DNA from: Terriglobia bacterium | GTDB lineage: Bacteria; Acidobacteriota; Terriglobia; 2-12-FULL-54-10 | Direction: 5' to 3' | DNA: 64,000 nucleotides | NCBI GenBank assembly: GCA_963666975.2 | Contig: CAXVYR010000004.1 | Coordinates: 736,001 to 800,000 of the forward strand | Part shown: positions 1 to 8,973 of the stretch, piece after piece | How positions within the stretch are numbered: position 1 is the stretch's first letter | Layout of the letters: each line of letters opens with the position of its first letter | The notes under the pieces: model-generated | Database searches by the model: none | Seen by the model: the letters and a program-made list of their open reading frames with translations, nothing else | What the model was told of the DNA's origin: nothing | Made by a program: the position numbers and the translations under genes

Positions 1-1313
1 GACTTCGCGGCGAGGACAGCATCGCGGAGCTGTGCCGCCGCGAGGGGCTGCACCAGAACCAGTATTACCGCTGGAGCAAGGAGTTTCTGGAGGCTGGCCG
101 CAAGCGGCTGGCGGGCGACATAGACCGTGAGGCAACCAGTGGCGAAGTCAAGACTCTGCGGGAGCAGGCCGTACAGCTGAAAGAGGCCCTGGCCGAGGCT
201 ATGCTGGAAAATCGCCTGCTAAAAAAAAGCGTGATCGGGGATGGGGAGGAACATACATGAGATACCCTGCCTCGGAGAAGCTGGAGATCATCTGCACGGT
301 GGAGCAATCTGCCCTGGGGGTGCGCCGGACGCTGCAGCAGGTTGGCATTCCCAGATCGACGTTTTACAACTGGTACGACCGCTATGTGTCGGAAGGCTTT
401 GATGGGCTGGAAGACAAAAAACCCGATCCTGGCCCTGTCTGGAACAAGGTGCCGGAGGAGATAACTCAGCAGTTGGTGACGTTAGCCCTGGCCGAGCCCG
501 ATCTGTCGTCACGCGAGCTGGCGGTGCGTTTTACCGAGGAAAGGCGGTATTACCTTTCTGAATCGACGGTTTACCGCGTCCTGAAAAGCCATGACCTGAT
601 TACCGCGCCAGCCTTTATTGTCCTGAAAGCGGCGGAACGGTTCGCCAACCCGACCACGGCGGTCAACCAGCTCTGGCAGACCGACTTCACCTACCTGAAA
701 GTCATCGGTTGGGGCTGGTTCTACCTGTCCACGGTGCTGGACGACTTCTCGCGCTATATCATCGCCTGGCGGCTGTGCAAAACCATGAGCGCAAGTGACG
801 TCTCGGCCACGTTGCGGGATGCTTTGCAAGCCACCGGCCTCGACCGCGTGGGCGCCCGGCACAGACCTCGCCTCCTGAGCGACAACGGGCCGTGCTACGT
901 CTCTTCCGAACTGCAATCATGGCTGGCAGAAAACAGCGTGCCGCATACTCGCGGCAAGCCCTATCACCCCATGACGCAGGGCAAGATCGAACGCTGGCAC
1001 CGAACTCTGAAAGACCGCATCCTGCTCAACAACTATTACCTGCCAGAAGAGCTGGAGCGGCAGATCGATGCCTTCGTCAACCACTACAACACCAACCGAT
1101 ACCATGAAAGCCTGAACAACCTGACACCGTATGACGTTTTTACAGGCCAAGGCAGTGCCATCCTGCAAAAACGGGATCGCATCAAAGAGAAAACTATGAT
1201 CTTAAGAAAACGGTTGCACTTCAAAAGAAGGGCAGCCTAACATCAACCCAGAGGAGCCTGAACGCCACCTTATCTTTTTATGCTCTGTGTCCAACATTAT
1301 CTGACGACGTACA
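1..1313 (+). mobile_element. IS3-family element copy A (TGT...ACA ends), left part outside the window
   Basis: orfA tail, A8G slippery site at 221-229, orfB DDE integrase; right end ...ctgacgacgtaca at 1313 matches the other copies. Confidence 0.93.
257..1240 (+). CDS. IS3-family transposase OrfB (rve/DDE integrase core)
   Basis: WQTDFTY...DDFSRYI...SDNG...GKIERWHRTLK motifs; probably expressed as an OrfAB fusion by -1 frameshift. Confidence 0.95.
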   Translation: MRYPASEKLEIICTVEQSALGVRRTLQQVGIPRSTFYNWYDRYVSEGFDGLEDKKPDPGPVWNKVPEEITQQLVTLALAEPDLSSRELAVRFTEERRYYLSESTVYRVLKSHDLITAPAFIVLKAAERFANPTTAVNQLWQTDFTYLKVIGWGWFYLSTVLDDFSRYIIAWRLCKTMSASDVSATLRDALQATGLDRVGARHRPRLLSDNGPCYVSSELQSWLAENSVPHTRGKPYHPMTQGKIERWHRTLKDRILLNNYYLPEELERQIDAFVNHYNTNRYHESLNNLTPYDVFTGQGSAILQKRDRIKEKTMILRKRLHFKRRAA

Positions 1314-1584
1314 CTCCCGAGCAACACCGTAGTGTAGAACGAAATCTCTCAACTCCCGAGTGGTCGCCTACTCGGAAACAATAGTGCGGCCCGCCGCCTT
1401 AGTCGTCTGCGGTCCAGAAACGGCGTTATGGGAAGTTACTCCTGCCTTGTCGCCAAGTGTAGACCTATCCGGTGGGCGCGGATTACCCGCCACTACGCCG
1501 TTACACAGGAGTAATCGTAGTGAACGCATCCTTTGTTTCAGCCCCTCACGTTAGCCCGCGGGGGCCGCGCCAGCGTAGATTTCC

Positions 1585-2151
1585 TCAGCATTTGGGATCG
1601 CCTGCAGACTCAAAGAGCGCCTTCCTGATTTCGGTCGTCAGAATATCGTGACATTTGCGAGGACTGGTTTCGGCGGCCACAAGCGCCGCCACTCTTTCCG
1701 GTATGTTCAGCATCCCGTCGCGGATCGTTCGATATTTATTAAAGGCGATCCGTTCTATGTCCGACATCCGAACCAGGTCGCCATTCCGTTCCTCGTAGTC
1801 GAGGCGCGCCATGCTGGCGAGATAATATTCGCGAGTCGCCCTATGTGAAGCATAGCCGTCAACAGCAGTAGGTGCCGGCGGAGCTGCCGGCGCCAGCCCG
1901 GGTTTAGTAGATTTCTTTTTTCCATTTCTTGCAGCCGCGGCATCCGGAGGTCGCTGCTGTTGCTGTGCCGGCCGCGGTGCTGTATTCCGCATCCAGTCCT
2001 CATCGGCTTTTTTTGCATCGATCAGACCCTTTCGGTTTTTTTGGATGCGACCGGACAGGATCGCTTTTTGAACCGCCCTATGGGTTACACCTCGACGTTT
2101 GGCGTAAGCCCTTTGGCTGACCAGTTCCGCAGTTTCTTCAACACCTTTCAT
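1585..2151 (-). CDS. Phage terminase small subunit-like protein (Nu1-type wHTH plus helical C-terminus)
   Basis: N-terminal SQRAYAKRRGVTHRAVQKAI HTH; C-terminal ARLDYEERNGDLV...IRDGMLNIPERVA pattern typical of small terminases; cos-like site upstream. Confidence 0.72.
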   Translation of the reverse strand: MKGVEETAELVSQRAYAKRRGVTHRAVQKAILSGRIQKNRKGLIDAKKADEDWMRNTAPRPAQQQQRPPDAAAARNGKKKSTKPGLAPAAPPAPTAVDGYASHRATREYYLASMARLDYEERNGDLVRMSDIERIAFNKYRTIRDGMLNIPERVAALVAAETSPRKCHDILTTEIRKALFESAGDPKC

Positions 2152-2220
2152 CCCTCAACTATAAACGATTAACTGCGCCGGCTACCAGCGGCTACCGGCT
2201 ACCTCTTTTTGGGTGAGACG

Positions 2221-2275
2221 CTAGCGATATTGTGCCATCACGCCACCCGTTCTCGTTTTCGACCAGGAAGGACCC
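2221..2275 (-). other. Lambda-like cos packaging site (cosQ + cosN-like)
   Basis: Minus strand reads GGGTCCTTCCTGG...ACGGGTGGCG...TCGCTA, resembling lambda GGGTCCTTTCCGG...ACGGGGCGGCG...TCGCTA; lies just upstream of terS. Confidence 0.6.
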
Positions 2276-2676
2276 AAAAACTCAGAAAGGCATTGAGATC
2301 GTTGGGTATTATCCGCGCTGTGGCGCCCTGAGCGCTCCCCTCAATGAACTATTTGCCCACCTCGGGCAAGCCTGGCGCACTCAGGGCCAACCTCGCTCGT
2401 TGAGCCGATGGACAGGTTTTGATGGTTTTGTAGGTTCCACTCCTGTGAACATTTGAAACTTTTCTACCCTCAGCACGCGGTTGGCGTGCCGAGCCAGCAC
2501 CTCGGTTGACCACGACTACCATCCATCTCCCTGCAGAGCGCGAACGAACCACGTAGGCGCTCTACCTCGACAGCCATTCCACCTTGGTTGAGACACACCC
2601 CGGCGAGTCTGTATTGGTTTATTGGAACAGAATGGAACAGGTTTGGTTTTTGGGCGGCTGTAAGCTATTGAAAGAA

Positions 2677-2737
2677 TGGTGGCCAGGGACGGAATCGAAC
2701 CGCCGACGCCAGCCTTTTCAGGGCTGCGCTCTACCAA
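2677..2737 (-). tRNA. Truncated tRNA-Phe(GAA), 3' part only (att core)
   Basis: Minus strand TTGGTAGAGCGCAGCCCTGAAAAGGCTGGCGTCGGCGGTTCGATTCCGTCCCTGGCCACCA; the 5' acceptor strand and first D-stem strand are absent. Confidence 0.88.
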
Positions 2738-2877
2738 TGCCATCCTATTGAATCAACGCATGTTAGCATTCCTAAAGAGCCGATTTTGTGCCTGAATTTT
2801 GGAAGCATAATGGAAGCAGAACTGCGGAACGCCCGGCGCTTGCCTCACAAGCTCGGACACGATCTCATCCATTAAAC

Positions 2878-3078
2878 CCGCATTCCCATTCTGAAAACGC
2901 AGCGGCAACATTCTGCTAACCTCCGACGGCAATATTGATACGGGTTTGAGCAGCGAAATTGGCTTCAGGAGGGCAACACCCAATGGGTGAGGACCAAAAA
3001 CAGCCGTTTCAACTGCCATTCAACCGGATACTGCGGATCGCTTTCCAGGGATCGCGGGTTACTTCCAATGGCGGCCCG
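2878..3078 (+). pseudogene. IS1380-family left end with transposase N-terminal remnant
   Basis: From 2983 translates MGEDQKQPFQLPFNRILRIAFQGSRVTSNGG, matching the N-terminus at ~53530; leader is homologous to 53520-53637. Confidence 0.82.
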
Positions 3079-3173
3079 TGGCCGCCGTACCATGCTAGGA
3101 GAGGCCCGCACCCAGGCCAAGCATGACTTTTTAAGCTGGTAAAACTAAGCTGCGCTGATTATCATCGGCACTC

Positions 3174-4000
3174 GTGCATTCAGGGTTGGAAACGACGCAG
3201 ACTCGCTCGTACTGGGAGGTTGAGATAGCTCCACGGCGGATGGGTTACTTCCATGGCGGCAATACGGGGGGACTAATGACCGCTAGTCCAACCGTTTCTT
3301 ATATGGTGGGCGGACGAATCGATGCGTTCGTCCGCGGGCGCGATAATGCACATTGGCACCATTTCTGGGCCCCGGACGGTAGCACACCCGGTTGGCAGAG
3401 GCTAGACGGTGTGCTGTACACAGCGCCGACTGCGGTCTCCCGCAAACGCGGAGTCCTCGATGTATTTGCATTCGGCCGGACTGGTAGTCTCTGGCAGAAA
3501 TCATTCTCCTCTGGACGGTGGTCCGGGTGGAGTGACCGGGGCGGCATTCTCAAGGGGCCAACTCTTGATGACACGAGTCGCCGCAGTTCCGTTCGATTTC
3601 ATCCGGTTGCGATCTCGAGACATTCAAAGCATGTCGGAATCTTCGCCGTGGGATCGGATATGGCAGTCTGGTATATCTCGTGGGACGATGAACGTTGGGG
3701 TAATTGGCATTCGCTGGGCGGTCAAGGAACATCAGCACCCGCAACGGCATCATTGGCCGCGAACGACTGTACCGTATACGTTCGAGGAACCGATACCCAC
3801 GTGTACCATAAAACATGGAAGGCTGCTAACGGGTGGCGGGTAAGTGGACAAAACAAGACAATACCCGACTTTTGTCCAGTCCCACAGCTGTTGCAGCTCA
3901 CGGAGTGAAGTGGGTATTCGCAAGAACCAAGCAGCGCATTGCAACGGGCCTTACTTACACAGGGACAGCGGGGGGTGGGCGCGGGCAGTCATGGTCACCA
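3174..4000 (+). pseudogene. PLL-like/fucose-lectin-type beta-propeller repeat protein, frameshifted near 3840
   Basis: Repeated blades (RIDAFVRGRDNAHWH, LDVFAFGRTGSLWQK, IFAVGSDMAVWY, VYVRGTDTHVYHK); the next blade (LLSSPTAV...WVFART) continues in another frame. Confidence 0.65.
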
Positions 4001-4215
4001 TTCCAGGTTGGTGAATCCTCACGTGCCCCCGGGCCCGACTTGTGGGAGGATCCGGTCGTTATTTTTGATCCCCGAAAGAAGGCGGAGATTCGTCGTTTCA
4101 GGAACGACGGATTATTTGTTGTTTGCTACAGGGCGCGCCGTGATGCTGGTTTCAGGCTACCGAAACGCGAGCCGGACCATCTTCGTTTCGATTACTATCG
4201 GTTGCCTAGCTAAAG

Positions 4216-4245
4216 TGACCTGCCCCCCATAAATCGGTCCAGTTG
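4216..4245 (+). mobile_element. Isolated terminal IR of an IS407-like (IS3 family) element
   Basis: tgacctgccccccataaatcggtccagttg is a 28/30 match to the reverse complement of the IS end at ~15748-15777. Confidence 0.75.
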
Positions 4246-4250
4246 ATAAG

Positions 4251-5377
4251 TGTACGTCGCCAGATTTATTCAGACACATGAGGATAAAAGATAAGGTGGT
4301 GTTCAGGCTCCTCTGGGTTGATGTTAGGCTGCCCTTCTTTTGAAGTGCAACTGTTTTCTTAATTTCATAGTTTTCTCTTTTATGCGATTGCGTTTTTGCA
4401 GGATGGCGGTGCCTTGCCCTGTAAAAACGTCGTACGGTGTCAGGTTGTTCAGGCTTTCATGGTATCTGCATGTGTTGTAGTGGTTGACGAAGGCATCGAT
4501 CTGCCGCTCCAGCTCTTCTGGCAGGTAATAGTTGTTGAGCAGGATACGGTCTTTCAGAGTCCGGTGCCAGCGTTCGATCTCGCCCTGCGTCATGGGGTGA
4601 TAGGGCTTGCCGCGAGAATGCGGCACGTTGTTTTCTGCCAGCCAGGACTGCAGTTCGGAAGAGATGTAGCACGGCCCGTTGTCGCTCAGGAGTCGAGGCC
4701 GGTGCCGGACGCCCACGCGGACGAAGCCGGTGGCTTGCAAGGCATCCCGCAGCGTGGCCGAGACGTCGCTTGCGCTCATGGTTTTGCACAGCCGCCAGGC
4801 GATGATATAGCGCGAGAAGTCGTCCAGCACCGTGGACAGGTAGAACCAGCCCCAACCGATGACTTTCAGGTAGGTGAAGTCGGTCTGCCAGAGCTGGTTG
4901 ACCGCCGTGGTCGGGTTGGCAAACCGTTCTGCCGCTTTCAGGACAATAAAGGCCGGCGCGGTGATCAGGTCATGGCTTTTCAGGATGCGATAAACTGTCG
5001 ATTCGGAAAGGTAATACCGCCTTCCCTCAGTAAACCGCACCGCCAGCTCGCGTGGCGACAGATCAGGTTCGGCCAGGGCTAACGTCACCAACTGCTGGGT
5101 TATCTCCTCCGGCACCTTGTTCCAGACCGGGCCAGGATCGGGTTTTTTGTCTTCCAGCCCATCAAAGCCTTCCGACACATAGCGGTCGTACCAGTTGTAA
5201 AACGTCGATCTGGGAATGCCAACCCGCTGCAGCGTCCGGCGCACCCCCAGGGCAGATTGCTCCACCGTGCAGATGATCTCCAGCTTCTCCGAGGCAGGGT
5301 AACTCATGTATGGTCCTCCCCATCCCCGATCACGCTTTTTTTAAGCAGGCGATTTTCCAGCATAGCCTCGGCCAGAG
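4251..5377 (-). mobile_element. Diverged IS3-family copy B, orfA side truncated (orfB 4324-5307)
   Basis: Begins tgtacgtcgccag; orfB is nearly identical to copy A; sequence switches to IS5 sequence at ~5378. Confidence 0.92.
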
Positions 5378-5967
5378 CCGGTTTCAGCAGTGGGTGCGTT
5401 CGGGGGCGCTGGCGAAGGCGTTGCGAAGCTGGCGCAACGGTTGCGAGCCGAGGGCCGCTTGAACCTGGAGGAAGCCTTTATCGACGCGACCTTCGCAGCC
5501 GCGAAAAAAGGGGCCTCGGGATTGGTCCTACCAAGCGAGGCAAGGGGACGAAGATCACGGCTATCACCGTTGGCGACAGTGTACCTGTCGCCGTCAGTGT
5601 CCAGGCTGCTTCGCCCCACGAAAGCCAACTGGTCGAAGAGGCCCTCGGTCACAGCTTCCTGGACAAACTTCCGGCCAGACTGATCGGAGACAAAGCATAC
5701 GACAGCGATAAGTTAGACGATCGAATGCAAAAACGCTACGGGATTGAGATGATTGCTCCGCACCGCAGCAACCGGGTACACCCGACGCAGGACGGACGTC
5801 CCTTACGCCGCTACCGGCGGCGCTGGACGATCGAACGCCTCTTCGCTTGGCTGCAAGTGTTTCGCCGACTGGTCACGCGCTACGAGTACCACATCGAAAA
5901 TTTCTTGGGGATGGTCCGACTCGGATGCATGAAAATCATGCTGAGGTATTTTTGAGACCAGCTGTAG
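5378..5967 (+). mobile_element. IS5-family (IS427-like) element, 5'-truncated, split transposase
   Basis: RFQQWVRSG...[13 protein letters not shown]6G slippery site ~5504-5510, then GKGTKI...[10 protein letters not shown]...[11 protein letters not shown]; right end atttttgagaccagctgtag. Confidence 0.88.
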
Positions 5968-6018
5968 TCCTGACGGGGTACAGATTTCGACATCGACGAC
6001 GGCCTTCTGCCGTTCCTG

Positions 6019-6990
6019 TTAGCCGATGTAGCCTTGCTCGCGATAGTAGCCCTCCGCGCCGGGATGAAGGGGCGCGCCGAGGCCCTGCCACATGGTGAAG
6101 GGATCGATCGGATAGGTCAGGGGGCTGTGCTCCACCGGCAGATGCCGATAGCGCCCCTCCAATTCGGCCCGCTCCTCAACCATTACGGCTGTGATCAGGT
6201 AGGCCAGATCTTCGGGCATGTCGTCGCGGACGAAGACCGCCCAATGGGACCAATCCAGGCAGGGTATGTCGGCGCCGGCACGGAGACGTCCGCTAGGGAG
6301 GATGGCGGGCCGGAAGCCATACTCCGTTTGCAATTGCTGGAGCGCCCCTTCCTCCATGGGCAGGAAACGCATCGGGACCGTTTCCACCAACTCGCGCCAT
6401 GGAGGAACCATGATGGCTTCCTGGAAAACCGCGTCCGCCTCGCCTCGAGTGACCAAAGGGACACAACGGCGGGGATGATCTTGCTCCAGCCACTTCCCGC
6501 CCCAGGTTTCAATCTCCCGTGGATCGATGCCGTGAGCTAAAAATACTTTTTCGACCGCATAGCTCATCAAGTTGTCGCTGTTGCGGCAGGTTGTGGCAAT
6601 GCGCAAGGGAGGGCGGCTCTGCTTGAGACCGGCAAAGGAGGTGATCCCGGTATCGGCCCGGACGGCGAAGACAAGACGGTCGTCTTGCGGGATATATCCC
6701 AGAGCGCGGAGATGCGGATAAGGAGTTCCCGCAAAGAAGTGCCGGCCGGCCGTCGCCCATTCCAGGGCGATGTTGTACGGTGTGGTAACCGCCAAGTCCA
6801 CTAGGCCTGTGGCCACCGCATCCACATTGGTGCGATATCCCGTTCCCGTATGGATGATGAAAGTGGAACCGGGAGCGCTGCGCCACCGTAGATTGGCGGC
6901 GATCCACCCTGCAATAATATGAAAATTCGCGTTCCCCCAATCGCCCATGAGCTTCAAATCCAGGCGACGGGTTGTTGAAACCAGAGCCAC
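6019..6990 (-). CDS. TAXI-family (TRAP-associated) solute-binding-like protein, no obvious signal peptide
   Basis: FAVRADTGITSFAGL, DMPEDLAYLIT and C-terminal PLHPGAEGYYREQGY are TAXI-like motifs. Confidence 0.75.
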   Translation of the reverse strand: MALVSTTRRLDLKLMGDWGNANFHIIAGWIAANLRWRSAPGSTFIIHTGTGYRTNVDAVATGLVDLAVTTPYNIALEWATAGRHFFAGTPYPHLRALGYIPQDDRLVFAVRADTGITSFAGLKQSRPPLRIATTCRNSDNLMSYAVEKVFLAHGIDPREIETWGGKWLEQDHPRRCVPLVTRGEADAVFQEAIMVPPWRELVETVPMRFLPMEEGALQQLQTEYGFRPAILPSGRLRAGADIPCLDWSHWAVFVRDDMPEDLAYLITAVMVEERAELEGRYRHLPVEHSPLTYPIDPFTMWQGLGAPLHPGAEGYYREQGYIG

Positions 6991-7021
6991 TCAGACTCCC
7001 AATCGCAGAGCGGTGAAAAGG

Positions 7022-7330
7022 CTATGACACGAGGTAGACCTGCCCCTCCCGCACGGTCAGTTGGAACACATGGGCCCGGAGGAGGGTCTGGTCGATCCCC
7101 AGGACCTGTCCGGTCCGGAGATCGTAGCGAAACCCATGCCACGGGCAGGTGACGACGCCGTCCTGGATCTTGCCAAAAGCCAGGGGGCCGCCTCTGTGAG
7201 GACACCAGTTTTCAATGGCGACGAGGGTCGCATCCGGAAGAGAAACAACCGCCACTTCCAGTCCATTGTCCAATCGCTTGTGAAGGACCCGGTTCGGTTC
7301 GATCTCTTCCAGCCGGCACAAAAGCGTCAT
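7022..7330 (-). CDS. Rieske [2Fe-2S] ferredoxin
   Basis: CPHRGGPL...CPWHGFRYDLRTG motifs; ATG at 7330 preceded by an RBS. Confidence 0.93.
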   Translation of the reverse strand: MTLLCRLEEIEPNRVLHKRLDNGLEVAVVSLPDATLVAIENWCPHRGGPLAFGKIQDGVVTCPWHGFRYDLRTGQVLGIDQTLLRAHVFQLTVREGQVYLVS

Positions 7331-7362
7331 GTGTGACTCTTCACTCCTCCCACGGCCGTTGG

Positions 7363-7938
7363 CTACCACTCCTGGCGAGCCTCCCGCTCCGGATCCGTAT
7401 CCTCATCGGCGTGAAAGCCATAAGCAAGGGAATGGACGAAGGAGCACCGCTCACAGGTGCGCAAATTTCGGTCGCGATTGAACTCCCGCACGCCCTCCAA
7501 CTGAAAAGCGAGAAATCCCCCGAAACCGAGGGTGGCCGTATCAAAGTCCGCCTGGTGGAGCTGATGTCCACACCGGGGACAGTACCACTGGCAGGCGTCG
7601 CGGCTGGGGCGTCCGCTAATTCCCCCGATCGTCATCATGTAATAGGTTGCTTCGGAATACACGGCTTGAAGCCACACCAGATCGCTATCGCTGACGTGCC
7701 AGAACCCGAACAAGTGGGTGATATGGTGCGGAGTCCCCGCTTCGATCCGATGCAGGAGAGGCGTTCCGGGAGCATCCTTGCGAATGGGAACAATTCCCGC
7801 TTCGGTCATCTCCAGCAGCCCGTAGGGCGGCTCCGCATTCCCGCGATGACCCGCCCAGACCGCATAGTCACCGACTTTTTCCCATCGGCTGGAAGTGTCG
7901 GTCATGCGGCGGACGTAATGTAACAGTGGATTCTGCAT
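7363..7938 (-). CDS. 3-hydroxyanthranilate dioxygenase-like protein (partial cupin + rubredoxin-like site), type B
   Basis: WYCPRC...EFNRDRNLRTCERC matches the HAO C-terminal Fe(Cys)4 pattern; HLFGFWH motif. Confidence 0.62.
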   Translation of the reverse strand: MQNPLLHYVRRMTDTSSRWEKVGDYAVWAGHRGNAEPPYGLLEMTEAGIVPIRKDAPGTPLLHRIEAGTPHHITHLFGFWHVSDSDLVWLQAVYSEATYYMMTIGGISGRPSRDACQWYCPRCGHQLHQADFDTATLGFGGFLAFQLEGVREFNRDRNLRTCERCSFVHSLAYGFHADEDTDPEREARQEW

Positions 7939-7966
7939 GGGTGGCGGAAGAAACGAGCGCCAGGCG

Positions 7967-8626
7967 CTACCAGTTCATGCGTGCCTCTCGCTCCTCGGGA
8001 GTATCCCAGGTGTGGAAAGCGCAATAGCCGGGCGGGTTTACATGGCCACATTGCGGGCAGGTTCGATTCGCCGGGTCGCTGTTGTATTCTCGTACGGCGG
8101 CCCGTTCCCAGGACCAGAACTTGTCGAAATTAATCCGGCCGGTGCAGAGCTCGCGAAGAAAGACCAGCGTGGTGCACTGGTCGCAATACCAGGCAACCCG
8201 ATCCGTTTCGTTTCCCTTGGGAACGCCCATGATCACGAAAAGATAACCCGGCTCGCTCGGCGACGGAGGCGGCAGCGGGAGAATGATCTCGTCCTTGTCA
8301 TTGATGTGCCAGTACCCGAAGAGATGTTCGGTATGATGCGGGGTGCCGTTGACGGTTACGGCGATGGTGAAAGGCTCTCGAGCCACCTGAAGCTTTCCTT
8401 TCGGCCCGATCTCGAAGTTTCGCCGCGTCTTCACCAAGTCCAACGGCCCTCGGGTCGAACCGACAGAATTCGCGGCCTCATGGGAGACTGGCCGAACGCC
8501 GAAGATATTGTCGCCCACCGGAATGAACCCGCCGGTAAATTTTTTGATCAGGCGTTCGCTCAAGAAATCCCAGTCTTCGGCGACCTTTTCGAGAGGCTCC
8601 TTCACATAGAGGTCCGCAAAATGCAT
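7967..8626 (-). CDS. 3-hydroxyanthranilate dioxygenase-like protein, type A
   Basis: HLFGYWHINDKDE, WYCDQC...EYNSDPANRTCPQCG. Confidence 0.62.
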   Translation of the reverse strand: MHFADLYVKEPLEKVAEDWDFLSERLIKKFTGGFIPVGDNIFGVRPVSHEAANSVGSTRGPLDLVKTRRNFEIGPKGKLQVAREPFTIAVTVNGTPHHTEHLFGYWHINDKDEIILPLPPPSPSEPGYLFVIMGVPKGNETDRVAWYCDQCTTLVFLRELCTGRINFDKFWSWERAAVREYNSDPANRTCPQCGHVNPPGYCAFHTWDTPEEREARMNW

Positions 8627-8789
8627 TTCCCGCCCTCCTTGTTCACAATCGGATCACAGCGCCATGCCGCCATCGCGGAGCTGCCGGGAGGCCAATGATC
8701 CAGGCACGCTACCAAAATTAGTTTACAAATCCAGATGTGTCAACCTCATTTTCGGCTATGCGGCCGCAAAGCAAGAACGGTTGGGGTTC

Positions 8790-8885
8790 TTTCTTTTGCC
8801 TCTCCCGGGGCTTGCTGCGTGGGAACCCACGCTTCCCAGGGCGTGCGCCCTGGGCTATGTTCTTTCGCGCCTCCGGCGCTGTGCC
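8790..8885. repeat. REP-like palindromic intergenic element
   Basis: cccagggcgtgcgccctggg hairpin followed by ctttcgcgcctccggcgct; similar to elements at ~56240-56440. Confidence 0.6.
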
Positions 8886-8973
8886 GGTGTGGAGAAATTT
8901 CACTGAAACCGATAACAGCTATCCGAACCGCGTCCTGTTATTGCTCATCGCCGGTTCTCCCATATAACTGCAT

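Noticed and set aside
1-5377. Composite transposon of inverted IS3 copies A and B carrying the phage remnant
   Set aside because: The copies are diverged, B lacks its outer end, and no TSD can be tested.
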